Shown: positions 46,866 through 55,491 of the stretch, one piece after another
How positions within the stretch are numbered: position 1 is the first letter of the stretch
Layout: each line of letters starts with the position of its first letter
Virus record (IMG/VR): IMGVR_UViG_3300033273_000550
Location: 1-64,000 of that record
Direction: 5' to 3' (one strand)
Source of the DNA: a virus
Length of the DNA: 64,000 bases
Translations under genes and position numbers: made by a program
Notes under the pieces: model-generated
Told to the model about the DNA's origin: nothing
Seen by the model: only the letters and a program-made list of their open reading frames with translations
Databases searched by the model: none

Positions 46866-46934
46866 CTTAGTAAGTAGTTGGAATCCTGATCTATTATTCA
46901 TATATTAAGGTATATTAAAACAATAAAGGTTATG
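46861..46934 (+). promoter_or_regulatory. Early promoter cassette
   Basis: TTG(46878)-N20-TATATTAAGGTA...AATAAAGGTTATG. Confidence 0.85.
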
Positions 46935-47102
46935 GATTCAGTATTAAGATTTTTCACTTGCGGACTTACAGGAGATGAGTGTGCTATTATCCTCAGAGGA
47001 GGAGAAGAGATTTGTGTAACAGCTAATGAGGCTTGGGATATAGAAGCTCAGTCTCAAGCTGCTCATGATGCATACGTTCAACGAGGAGAAAGAGGTTGGT
47101 AG
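46932..47102 (+). CDS. Hypothetical early protein (56 aa), not in ORF track
   Basis: Starts at cassette ATG: MDSVLRFFTCGLTGDECAII... Confidence 0.7.
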   Translation: MDSVLRFFTCGLTGDECAIILRGGEEICVTANEAWDIEAQSQAAHDAYVQRGERGW

Positions 47103-47103
47103 T

Positions 47104-47307
47104 ATGTATAAAGTAGGAACAAAATTCAATAGTGAGCCAAGAAACGGATACAAAGATGTTCGTGAGATCGTAGGAATAGAATTAAATTGCTACGTTATAA
47201 GAAACACAAAGTACCCTGAGTATGATACTAGAGGGGAAAAGAGAAAGATGTGGGACGAGCAGTTTCACGAGTTAGTTCAAAAAGGAGATTTTATTATTTT
47301 AAATTAA
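47104..47307 (+). CDS. Hypothetical protein
   Basis: ATG at 47104 directly after the previous stop. Confidence 0.65.
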   Translation: MYKVGTKFNSEPRNGYKDVREIVGIELNCYVIRNTKYPEYDTRGEKRKMWDEQFHELVQKGDFIILN

Positions 47308-47311
47308 GGTT

Positions 47312-47665
47312 ATGAAGACATTAGCATTAATTTCAGACAAAGAGAAAGCTTTAAAGCTTACTAACGGAACTCATCTTGTAGGAAAACTTACAGGAGTGAC
47401 GTATCGAGATTTAGTTAACACTTTTGGCGAACCAACCTTCTTTCCGGAAGACTCTGGTGATGGTAAAGTGAATTTTGAATGGGTATTCCAATTCGGAGGA
47501 AAGTACTACACAGTCTACGATTGGAAAGTATCCGAGGAATATGCAAAGCATATTATGGGCCGTATGGATGAGATTCAATTTCATGTAGGAGGTACTTCAA
47601 ATGCTTTTAGCTTTATCGAACATATCCAGAAAAAAGTCATGGAATCAGTTGGAAGTCTGAGCTAG
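47312..47665 (+). CDS. Hypothetical phage protein; paralog of 46267-46656
   Basis: Shared FGEP/FEW/YDWK/FH.GG motifs. Confidence 0.8.
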   Translation: MKTLALISDKEKALKLTNGTHLVGKLTGVTYRDLVNTFGEPTFFPEDSGDGKVNFEWVFQFGGKYYTVYDWKVSEEYAKHIMGRMDEIQFHVGGTSNAFSFIEHIQKKVMESVGSLS

Positions 47666-47704
47666 AATGACTATATTAAGGTATCTTAAAAAATAAAGGT
47701 TATG
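47649..47704 (+). promoter_or_regulatory. Early promoter cassette
   Basis: TTG-N20-TATATTAAGGTA...AATAAAGGTTATG. Confidence 0.85.
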
Positions 47705-47857
47705 GTATTTCAAGCTAAAGTAGGATGGGAAATCGCAGATGGGGAGTTCATCTGGGATATGGGTAAGAAGTTTAACTCTAAGTTCGATGCTCAGCAATGG
47801 GTAAACGCACTAGTAAAGACCGGCAACTTCGACTCTGGAGTTGTCGAAAAAAGTTGA
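47702..47857 (+). CDS. Hypothetical early protein (51 aa), not in ORF track
   Basis: Starts at cassette ATG: MVFQAKVGWEIADGEF... Confidence 0.7.
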   Translation: MVFQAKVGWEIADGEFIWDMGKKFNSKFDAQQWVNALVKTGNFDSGVVEKS

Positions 47858-47934
47858 AAAATAACTGTGGGAACGGTTGGTAGTCTGAGCTAAAAGGACT
47901 ATATTAAGGTATATTTAAAAATAAAGGTTATATG
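47857..47934 (+). promoter_or_regulatory. Early promoter cassette
   Basis: AAAAATAAC...TTG(47877)-N20-TATATTAAGGTA...AATAAAGGTTATATG. Confidence 0.85.
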
Positions 47935-48447
47935 TTAGTAAAAAATTCACGTACGGTAATTAAAGGTTTAAAGAACTCAGCTAAAGCTAAGAGCGAGAAT
48001 AACGACTGTGTTGTTAGAGCTATGGCTACTGCGTTAGATATCAATTACGATACTGCTCATGATTTAGTAGCGAATGATATGGATAGAGTTTCCGGAAAGG
48101 GTACTCAGGATCTAGCTATTAGTAATGCAATGTCAAAGTATATTAAAGACGGCTTAGAAGTCGATGGTATGAAGTTCAATGTTAGTAAATGTGCTGACTA
48201 TAAGGTTAAGAATTATTATAATTTGTATGGTGAAAGAATCGCTAGACAGAAGACTGTTAAGAGCTTCATCAAAGATAATCCTAAAGGTACTTATATGGTG
48301 CTAGTTAGTAAGCATGCGTTTACTGTTAAGGATGGAACGTTGATTGATAACGTTGGTGAAGAATGGAGACCGACTAGAAAGGTTCAAAGAGCTTTTCAAT
48401 TTACTCCATTGAATGAGAAGAAAGATGTTCAACTTAAATTATTTTAG
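47932..48447 (+). CDS. Papain/C39-like Cys-His protein with C-terminal QLKLF
   Basis: NDCVVRA and H...VKDG motifs. Confidence 0.6.
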   Translation: MLVKNSRTVIKGLKNSAKAKSENNDCVVRAMATALDINYDTAHDLVANDMDRVSGKGTQDLAISNAMSKYIKDGLEVDGMKFNVSKCADYKVKNYYNLYGERIARQKTVKSFIKDNPKGTYMVLVSKHAFTVKDGTLIDNVGEEWRPTRKVQRAFQFTPLNEKKDVQLKLF

Positions 48448-48448
48448 T

Positions 48449-48661
48449 ATGGCAACGATGTTTGAAAAGATGGTTAGATCAGAGTTATTAGATACGATAG
48501 CTCTGAATAGGCTCAATGGAGTAGATATGGACTGGACTGATGAAAAGATAGATGCTTTGGTTCAGAGTATTATGTTTGACATAAATGAAGTAGGTCCAGA
48601 CTCTTATGACCTAGATGAGATTATCAAATGGAACTTAGATCAAAACCTAACGCACGGATAA
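48449..48661 (+). CDS. Hypothetical protein
   Basis: ATG at 48449. Confidence 0.6.
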   Translation: MATMFEKMVRSELLDTIALNRLNGVDMDWTDEKIDALVQSIMFDINEVGPDSYDLDEIIKWNLDQNLTHG

Positions 48662-48810
48662 TGGCTGATATCACAATGTGCTCCGGGCGAGGATGTAGTG
48701 TTAAAGATAGTTGCTACAGATTTACAGCTCCAGTTAGTGAATGGAGACAATCGTACTTTATGGAAGTACCAGGTAAAGATAAATCTTGTGAACATTATTG
48801 GAACAGATAA
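48661..48810 (+). CDS. Small Cys-rich phage protein
   Basis: MADITMCSG.GC..K..CYRFTA...C..YW. Confidence 0.7.
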   Translation: MADITMCSGRGCSVKDSCYRFTAPVSEWRQSYFMEVPGKDKSCEHYWNR

Positions 48811-49580
48811 TGAGTACTAATAAGATCTTTTGGGATGCTTATGTCTCGGATCTTTTATCGAATAAGTACAACTATGGAGTTACTCATTCGGCTACAAAGA
48901 TAGAAAGAGAGTTCATGCAAGAGTTAAAAGGAAAGAAAATACTTCATCCTTTTTGTAACTTTGGTATGAACACCTTTGTGTTAGAAGATAAAGGAGGAGT
49001 AGTAACAGGATTAGATTATAATCCTTCAGCAATACAATATGCTAATGACTATAAGAAGAGGATAGGTTCTAATGTAGAGTTTATTTGTGATGACTTCTTT
49101 GAGTATGAGTTTAAAGATAAGTATGATGTTATCTTTTTAAGTTATGGTATATTAGATTGGGTAGAAGATATAGATGCTTTTATCGATAGGCTATATGACT
49201 TACTTGTAGATGAAGGTAGGTTGATTATGGTAGAGTTTACAACTCAATTCTTTGAGGCAAAGTTTAAACAACTTGGAGGTAAAGTGTTGAAGGATAATCA
49301 ATATGAGATTAAAACCGATCTTACCTATAGAATCGGAACACCTAATAGTAGTATAATGGGAGGTAATATCTCAGAAGAGGAAGTAATAATGAGACCTTAT
49401 CTACATAACACTAATAGGTTTATAAGTAAGTTATTGACAAAAGGGTTTAGAGAAGGGTATGTAAAGTATTATGATCATATAAACTTCAAGATGGGTAACG
49501 ATATAGAGATAGGAAAGAATAGATATAAGAATAAAGATGTCGAAGGCAATATGTGCTTTGGCATGATATACATTAAATAA
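48810..49580 (+). CDS. Class I SAM-dependent methyltransferase
   Basis: ILH..C.FG, VTGLD, YDVIF.SYG..W and L..GRL motifs. Confidence 0.88.
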   Translation: MSTNKIFWDAYVSDLLSNKYNYGVTHSATKIEREFMQELKGKKILHPFCNFGMNTFVLEDKGGVVTGLDYNPSAIQYANDYKKRIGSNVEFICDDFFEYEFKDKYDVIFLSYGILDWVEDIDAFIDRLYDLLVDEGRLIMVEFTTQFFEAKFKQLGGKVLKDNQYEIKTDLTYRIGTPNSSIMGGNISEEEVIMRPYLHNTNRFISKLLTKGFREGYVKYYDHINFKMGNDIEIGKNRYKNKDVEGNMCFGMIYIK

Positions 49581-49586
49581 TAAGTT

Positions 49587-49781
49587 ATGGATTATAAACA
49601 AAAGCTAGAGAGGTATAGAAAAGAGCTTGAGGGGTGGGGGTTTTCTCTTCCATCACCGAAGGTGCCACGCGCATTTTCGACTAACGTCTCAAATGATCTA
49701 CCTAACAAAACACTTACCAAACCTACTTATGAATGGGATAGTTACTCCGGCCTACCTGGTACTGGAGCTTATACGGAGTAG
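49587..49781 (+). CDS. Hypothetical protein (contains the 39-nt element)
   Basis: AAGTTATG start; W..YSGLP C-terminus. Confidence 0.45.
   Translation: MDYKQKLERYRKELEGWGFSLPSPKVPRAFSTNVSNDLPNKTLTKPTYEWDSYSGLPGTGAYTE
49634..49672. repeat. 39-nt GC-rich structured element, copy 2
   Basis: GTGGGGG-N13-CACC-GAA-GGTG-CCACGCGC. Confidence 0.7.
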
Positions 49782-50104
49782 TAAAAGACAGTCTGAGAGG
49801 TATGATAGACTTTGGTCAATACTAGATTGTAGTACCCTATAAGATCTAATCATAGATACCTTCTTTGATAACTTAGCATTGGGGTATCGGTAGTCTAATC
49901 ACATGAAGCCTATTAATTACATCGAGTGTATTATATATTTATATGAAGCTATATTGATATACTTATATGATTATATATCTTGTATAGAATAACGGTAGGT
50001 AGATGTGTGGAATATCATAAAGAAACATCAGGGGCGTGTGTGTCCCTCTTACGGAATTCCTCTATAGACTAAAAAATCCTTACCGGCCTACCTAAAAATA
50101 ATGG

Positions 50105-50187
50105 AAAAATAACCGGTGAAACAGTTGGTAGTCTGCCAGATTATTCATAAATTAAGGTAAGTTAAAAGATTAAAAATAAAGGTTATG
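50105..50187 (+). promoter_or_regulatory. Early promoter cassette
   Basis: AAAAATAAC...TTG(50125)-N20-TAAATTAAGGTA...AATAAAGGTTATG. Confidence 0.8.
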
Positions 50188-50532
50188 ACGTATTCAGACA
50201 AGATTAAGAAAGCAGATCAAGTATTAGCAAACATGGCCCTTCTACAGGACAATGAGCATTTTGTGGTTACCTACGGTACAGACTATAATGGGGAGCCTCA
50301 GAGGTACCGTATTAACTGTAATGTATTCAGCAACGGTAAGCCTTCATTCTCTATATATAAGGATGAGGTATTCGGCCTTAATGGTATGAATATAGATAAG
50401 GTAGGTAAGACAGTACTGAATGCCTATACTTATGATATGATGGGTCAACGTACTACCTATCGCTTTCCTCTATATGAGATGGAGGTAGTAGAGACTCCTT
50501 ACAAAGAACAATTACACTCACTTAAATTTTAA
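50185..50532 (+). CDS. Hypothetical early protein
   Basis: Behind cassette. Confidence 0.75.
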   Translation: MTYSDKIKKADQVLANMALLQDNEHFVVTYGTDYNGEPQRYRINCNVFSNGKPSFSIYKDEVFGLNGMNIDKVGKTVLNAYTYDMMGQRTTYRFPLYEMEVVETPYKEQLHSLKF

Positions 50533-50535
50533 TCT

Positions 50536-50637
50536 ATGTCTAAGAAAGAACTATACGAAACTATAGCCGGATTCATCCTATTAGGTGCAGTAGCTTATAT
50601 GGGCTATGTTGCACTGTGGATTTTCTGTCCTTGTTAG
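50536..50637 (+). CDS. Small TM peptide (33 aa)
   Basis: MSKKELYETIAGFILLGAVAYMGYVALWIFCPC. Confidence 0.5.
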   Translation: MSKKELYETIAGFILLGAVAYMGYVALWIFCPC

Positions 50638-50782
50638 TCCATCCGGACGGCACTTTGATCGCACCTTGCTATAACACTGCCGGTAATGTTCCCTAATGAG
50701 TTGGTAATGTGCGAGATTTTGCCAGACCTATCTTCCTCTCCCTAATGATATTTTGTGATATAGGTTATATATATTTATATAC

Positions 50783-50959
50783 TTATATATCATCATTAAT
50801 ATCATCCATAGAAGCCGTTACAATCGAATAAGCCATATCGTACGCATCTTGCAGGTGTATGCGTGGATTATCTTGTCTTAATGATCTTACGGTATCAAAT
50901 AACTCATCACGTTTGCCTATCTTATGTGCTGAGTATATAATATCTTCTATAGCACTCAT
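50783..50959 (-). CDS. Hypothetical protein (58 aa), not in ORF track
   Basis: MSAIEDIIYSAHKIGKRDELFDTVRSLRQDNPRIHLQDAYDMAY...; follows 50963-51157. Confidence 0.6.
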   Translation of the reverse strand: MSAIEDIIYSAHKIGKRDELFDTVRSLRQDNPRIHLQDAYDMAYSIVTASMDDINDDI

Positions 50960-50962
50960 TCT

Positions 50963-51157
50963 TTACTGCCCATTATAGATCTGTTTATTCTCTTCTCCAA
51001 ACCCTATATCTATCAAAAAGGTAATAAATCCAAGTCTTAGGTGAATACTATACCATGGGGCATCTTCATCCTCAGGTATTAAATCATACGCTAAACCGAA
51101 ACCTTCGTGTGGCCATTTAAAATTAATCGCCAGTCCAAACCAAAAATTGTTCTCCAT
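50963..51157 (-). CDS. Hypothetical protein
   Basis: Preceded on the - strand by the early promoter and AAAAGTTATG. Confidence 0.75.
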   Translation of the reverse strand: MENNFWFGLAINFKWPHEGFGLAYDLIPEDEDAPWYSIHLRLGFITFLIDIGFGEENKQIYNGQ

Positions 51158-51174
51158 AACTTTTATTTTATACT

Positions 51175-51205
51175 TTAATATAGTACTTTTCAGTCAATTA
51201 TACAA
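51175..51205 (-). promoter_or_regulatory. Early promoter on minus strand
   Basis: Reverse complement TTG-N20-TATATTAA with AAAAGTACTATATT shared with 32092 and 44082. Confidence 0.8.
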
Positions 51206-51269
51206 GAAATACAGGGGAAATTTTTTGACAAATTTTTCCATATATAGACCCTTCCTATTTATTAGTATA

Positions 51270-51701
51270 ATGAAAAAATTAGATCCACATACTATGTTTG
51301 CGCTCTTTGAACAAGGAGATGAACAGATTTACAAAGAGCATGGCCTTGAACAAGAGCTAAACAACCCTTTTGTACTATTAGGAATGGTAATAAGAGGTGT
51401 TGAGAATTGGTATCTACTTGATAAACTCTATATGAATAAGTATAGAGAGCACTATGAAGGGGTTAGAGACTCTACAAAATACAAATATTTCGTAAAAGTA
51501 TACAAATATCTTGAAAGAATAGATACAGATAAGTTCGAATCTAAGTATGCTATAGGGACAGATTATGATGCCGGTAATACAAACGTTATTTTAGATGCCT
51601 TATTAAGATATTTCGAAGATTTAGAGCAATATGAACGATGTGCTGTTATAAAAAAGTACATTGACCTGTTATATGACCGTGTTGCTGACAGACAAGCGTA
51701 G
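51270..51701 (+). CDS. Hypothetical protein with UVR-like C-terminal motif
   Basis: ATG at 51270 after TATTTAT; E..EQYE.CA.IK. Confidence 0.7.
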   Translation: MKKLDPHTMFALFEQGDEQIYKEHGLEQELNNPFVLLGMVIRGVENWYLLDKLYMNKYREHYEGVRDSTKYKYFVKVYKYLERIDTDKFESKYAIGTDYDAGNTNVILDALLRYFEDLEQYERCAVIKKYIDLLYDRVADRQA

Positions 51702-51737
51702 AAAATCTCGTATTTTCCCTAAAAATTCCTTGAAAAT

Positions 51738-52760
51738 ATGAAAGCTTGCATTAATCCGTTCCAATATTCCGAGATTACAGAGGTAAATCAAGCATTATGC
51801 TGCCCGGCTTGGTTAAAAAATGAGGTAAAAGACGTGATGATTACGTCAAATTACAAAGATAACTTCTATAGTAACAAAGCAAACATGTTAAGACAGTCTA
51901 TTTTAGATGGATCTTATAGATTTTGCAAGTCTCACATGTGTCCTCACTTATCTGCCCATAAAAAAGGGATGTTTTCCAATATGTTTGTCGATTCTAACCA
52001 TGAAGACTTCAAAAATCCTGTACTCAAAAGGGTTTCTTTCGGGTTTGACCGGTCTTGTAACTTAGGTTGCCCTTCATGTAGGAGTAATTTTATCAATTTT
52101 ACAGGTAAAAAGCGTGAGCAAATGGATAATATCCTAGATAATGTAGTAGAACAGCTTGGAGATGAGTTAAGAGCTATCAATATTTGTGGAGGAGGTGAGC
52201 CTTTTTACTCTAAAACCTTTATGAGGTTTATGAAAGAGTTCGATAGTAGTAAATTTCCTAAGCTAAAAGAGATAAGACTACATACAAACGGTATTCTATG
52301 GAGTGAAAAGTCATGGAATGCTATAAAGCCTATACATGATTATGTAAAAAGATGTGAGATCTCTATAGATGCAGGCACAAAAGAGGTGTATAGAGATGTC
52401 AGAGTAGGCGGTGATTGGGATACGTTAATGGATAATATAGATTTTATACTTACCATAGATGGTCTAAAGGAGATAACCTATTCTTTTGTAGTACAACAAA
52501 GAAACTATAAAGATATGGAAAACTTTTATAATCTTATTAATACAAAGATGTATGGAAGTACAAAAAAATATCGTATCTTGTATTATGCCGTAAGTGAATG
52601 GGGTGAATTTAAAGAGAAGAAGAGTTTTAGTCAACATGAGATTTATAACCCAAATCATATAGAGCATCAAGCTTTCTTAAAAGAGTTAAAAAAGATATAT
52701 ACACGTAAGAGAGTAGAGCATCCTTTTGATTACTTAATAGTAAAAGATTCACTAATATAG
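51738..52760 (+). CDS. Radical SAM protein with N-terminal Cys cluster
   Basis: CNLGCPSC, GGGEPF, TNG and SIDA motifs; N-terminal C..CC...C....CP. Confidence 0.92.
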   Translation: MKACINPFQYSEITEVNQALCCPAWLKNEVKDVMITSNYKDNFYSNKANMLRQSILDGSYRFCKSHMCPHLSAHKKGMFSNMFVDSNHEDFKNPVLKRVSFGFDRSCNLGCPSCRSNFINFTGKKREQMDNILDNVVEQLGDELRAINICGGGEPFYSKTFMRFMKEFDSSKFPKLKEIRLHTNGILWSEKSWNAIKPIHDYVKRCEISIDAGTKEVYRDVRVGGDWDTLMDNIDFILTIDGLKEITYSFVVQQRNYKDMENFYNLINTKMYGSTKKYRILYYAVSEWGEFKEKKSFSQHEIYNPNHIEHQAFLKELKKIYTRKRVEHPFDYLIVKDSLI

Positions 52761-52791
52761 TTGTAACTTAGAGAAAATATTCATATATTGT
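52761..52791 (+). promoter_or_regulatory. Early promoter
   Basis: TTG-N20-TATATTGT followed by AATAAAGGTTAT. Confidence 0.75.
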
Positions 52792-52813
52792 AGTATCAAT
52801 AAAGGTTATAAGT

Positions 52814-53101
52814 ATGTCAAGTAGTAATCAAAGTCTCTCAGAACATAAGATCACACTTATTTCAGAGACTATAAACAAACATTTTCCATCCATAGAGATA
52901 GATCGCTTTTCGATGGAGTCCAGTATATGGTCTCTCACTGTACCTCGTCTATGTACACTTACCCTGGTAATAAACAAAGATTATAATAAGGCCGAAGTGG
53001 TAGTATCGTCTATATGGTCGTCCGAAGATAGTAAGGCCGTTGTAATGATGGCTGAGAATCTAACTAAGATATTAAATAACGTGTTATATAATTATAGATG
53101 A
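52814..53101 (+). CDS. Hypothetical protein
   Basis: Behind promoter. Confidence 0.65.
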   Translation: MSSSNQSLSEHKITLISETINKHFPSIEIDRFSMESSIWSLTVPRLCTLTLVINKDYNKAEVVVSSIWSSEDSKAVVMMAENLTKILNNVLYNYR

Positions 53102-53613
53102 GACAGTATATACAAAAATTTTCGTGGCAACTTTGCGCGTTTTGCGCGGCGATCGCGATGCTCTCGTCTTGCTCTAAAGAAGATATAAGCACCTCCCCCT
53201 GCATCGACGGCGACTGCACTGCTCAAATGGTCTTACCCGGGGTAAAAGATACAAACGGCTATTATCATATAGACCTCAATTGGGATTATAGGTATTTTAC
53301 TATAGATGCTTATGCTTCTAAGATGTTTGAAGAGTTTGAATATAATGGAATACAAGTAGTAGAAGCTAATTTTTATTCCGACGGTAGGAGAACTACTATT
53401 CATAACAATATATCAGTTACAGAAGACATAGTTCAAAACTCTACTATATATTTTAGAGAACAAGATGGAAGATTACACACCCGTCGAGTAGTAGGACCTT
53501 TCCCAGACGGTGCTATTAACGATACTATTACTATAAGAATGGAGGTTTTTTGGGAGGCAGGTAACAGTTCTGTCTTAAAAACAAACTTTTTTGAAAAATT
53601 TATTGTAGAATAG
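53098..53613 (+). CDS. Lipoprotein
   Basis: Lipobox LSS-C-SKE. Confidence 0.75.
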   Translation: MRQYIQKFSWQLCAFCAAIAMLSSCSKEDISTSPCIDGDCTAQMVLPGVKDTNGYYHIDLNWDYRYFTIDAYASKMFEEFEYNGIQVVEANFYSDGRRTTIHNNISVTEDIVQNSTIYFREQDGRLHTRRVVGPFPDGAINDTITIRMEVFWEAGNSSVLKTNFFEKFIVE

Positions 53614-53734
53614 TTGATCTTTTGAATTTAAATCATTAACTTAATTATATATTAAGAATTATATATAAATATATAATAATATAATGAATATATAAATATA
53701 TATAAATAATATAATAAATAATAATTAATCTAAT
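53614..53734. other. Extremely AT-rich intergenic tract with TTG-N20-TAACTTAA promoter
   Basis: About 95 nt with only a few G/C bases. Confidence 0.6.
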
Positions 53735-54469
53735 ATGGCATTAACGGCGGAGAAAATCCATTCGAATTACGAGAAACATCTTAAAATTATAGATACTTAC
53801 ATTGGAGATAGAAAGGAACAGTGTAAAGAACTTATTTCTCACCTCGGAGAGGGGTATATTATGGCTCCTGCTAGTTCTAAGTCTTGGCATCACAATGCTT
53901 TTGCCGGAGGCTATATAGACCACGTTAATAGAGTAGTACAATTTGCTATTGAACAGAAGAGAATGTACGAAAGATTAGGAGGAACTATAGATTTTACAGA
54001 AGAAGAGCTAGTTTTTGCCGCTATATTCCATGATCTAGGTAAAATAGGTGACGGAGAACAGGAAAATTATATACCTCAGACCGATAAATGGAGACAGGAT
54101 AAGTTAAATGAGATATATACTTTCAATCCAGACCTTGATTTTATGTTAATTCCAGACAGAAGTCTGTTTATACTACAAAAATTTGGTATAAAAGTATCTA
54201 AAAATGAGTTTTTAGGTATCAGACTACACGATGGAGTGTTTGATAAAGCTAACGAAGCATACTTTTTCAGTAATGTTCCTTCATCTAGAATGAAAACAAA
54301 TATAGTATATATTTTACATACTGCTGATTTCTTAGCGTCTAAGCTTGAATACGATCAATGGTTAAGTCAAGGAGGTTCAACAGCACCGAAAGTTAATAAG
54401 ACACAATCTTCTACAGGAAAATCAGTAAAATCTTCACAAGGCCTAAATAATATATTAAAAAACTTATAA
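53735..54469 (+). CDS. HD-domain hydrolase (YhaM-like)
   Basis: APAS...H.AF.GG..DH, FHDLGKIG, HDG and H.AD motifs. Confidence 0.9.
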   Translation: MALTAEKIHSNYEKHLKIIDTYIGDRKEQCKELISHLGEGYIMAPASSKSWHHNAFAGGYIDHVNRVVQFAIEQKRMYERLGGTIDFTEEELVFAAIFHDLGKIGDGEQENYIPQTDKWRQDKLNEIYTFNPDLDFMLIPDRSLFILQKFGIKVSKNEFLGIRLHDGVFDKANEAYFFSNVPSSRMKTNIVYILHTADFLASKLEYDQWLSQGGSTAPKVNKTQSSTGKSVKSSQGLNNILKNL

Positions 54470-54470
54470 A

Positions 54471-54791
54471 ATGGCAGATTTAATTATATCCTCTAGTACA
54501 ATTATTGGATTTTTAGTTGTATTGTTGGTTTTTTTATGCTATCTTTTATACAATCTCATGCGAAAAGTAGAGAAGTATGAAGATGTATTGCAAGATCAAG
54601 TAACATATCTTAATAATATTTCAAAGACTATAGCAGAAAGTAAACAACACTTACAGAATCTCGATGAACGAGGGGTCTTTCAAAGCGACGACGAAGTGGG
54701 AGAATTTTTTAAACAAATGCAATATGTTCAAGATGAATTGAACAGGTATATGCTCCCAGAAAATTATGGCAAGGAAGAAATCGAAAGCTAA
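54471..54791 (+). CDS. Membrane-anchored coiled-coil protein
   Basis: N-terminal TM; F.SDDEVG.FF. Confidence 0.75.
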   Translation: MADLIISSSTIIGFLVVLLVFLCYLLYNLMRKVEKYEDVLQDQVTYLNNISKTIAESKQHLQNLDERGVFQSDDEVGEFFKQMQYVQDELNRYMLPENYGKEEIES

Positions 54792-55470
54792 TTACTTTAC
54801 TAAAGAAACAGAAGAATATATAGTCAAATTTAATAACTCAGAAGATGAAGAGTATAGAAACCAAATCTTCACAGAGCACATATACTTTCCTTTTTACAAG
54901 TTAGCAGAAAATATTATTCATACTTTTAAATTCTACTATACTGATGTAGATAAGATAGAGAATCTTAAACATGAGATTGTATCTATATTATATGAGCAGA
55001 AAATAAATAAGTTTGATCCTACTAACGGTGCCAAAGCTTATTCTTATTTCGGCACTATAGTCAAAAGATGGTTGATAAACTACAACAACAAAAACTATAA
55101 AAAGCTCAAACAAGTAGGATCTTTTACGGATATACAAGAATCATACGAACAAGATGATGCTGTAGACCATAGATTTGCTAAGAATCTAAGCGACTTTATA
55201 GATATGTGGGTTGAACAGACATATAAGGTTGTTGACGATATGTTTGTTAAAGATCAAGAAAAACAAGTAGCAGACGCTGTACTCACAATATTTCAAAAGA
55301 GACACGATTTAGATATATTTAAGAAGAAAGCATTATACATTTATATAAGAGAAATGACAGATTGTGAAACACCTCTGCTAACTAAGGTAATAAATGTATT
55401 AAAGCAGGATTTTAAGACACATTATCAAAAAGCATATGATTTAGGTTTCTTAGACAATACTTTAAAGTAG
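54766..55470 (+). CDS. Phage sigma factor, T4 gp55-like (putative late sigma)
   Basis: KLAENI, KFDP.NG.KAYSYF.TI..R.L region-2-like segment; precedes the structural module. Confidence 0.65.
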   Translation: MARKKSKANYFTKETEEYIVKFNNSEDEEYRNQIFTEHIYFPFYKLAENIIHTFKFYYTDVDKIENLKHEIVSILYEQKINKFDPTNGAKAYSYFGTIVKRWLINYNNKNYKKLKQVGSFTDIQESYEQDDAVDHRFAKNLSDFIDMWVEQTYKVVDDMFVKDQEKQVADAVLTIFQKRHDLDIFKKKALYIYIREMTDCETPLLTKVINVLKQDFKTHYQKAYDLGFLDNTLK

Positions 55471-55472
55471 TC

Positions 55473-55479
55473 TATTTAT
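55473..55479 (+). promoter_or_regulatory. Putative late promoter TATTTAT (representative copy)
   Basis: Recurs intergenically at 177, 2976, 8957, 9726, 15466, 16957, 19669, 31307, 33172, 37542, 51256, 55473 and 57832. Confidence 0.65.
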
Positions 55480-55491
55480 TTTAAAAGACTT

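Noticed and set aside
44062-50187. Cassette repeats as a CRISPR array or integron attC sites
   Set aside because: Degenerate, non-palindromic and separated by whole genes; they match promoter architecture
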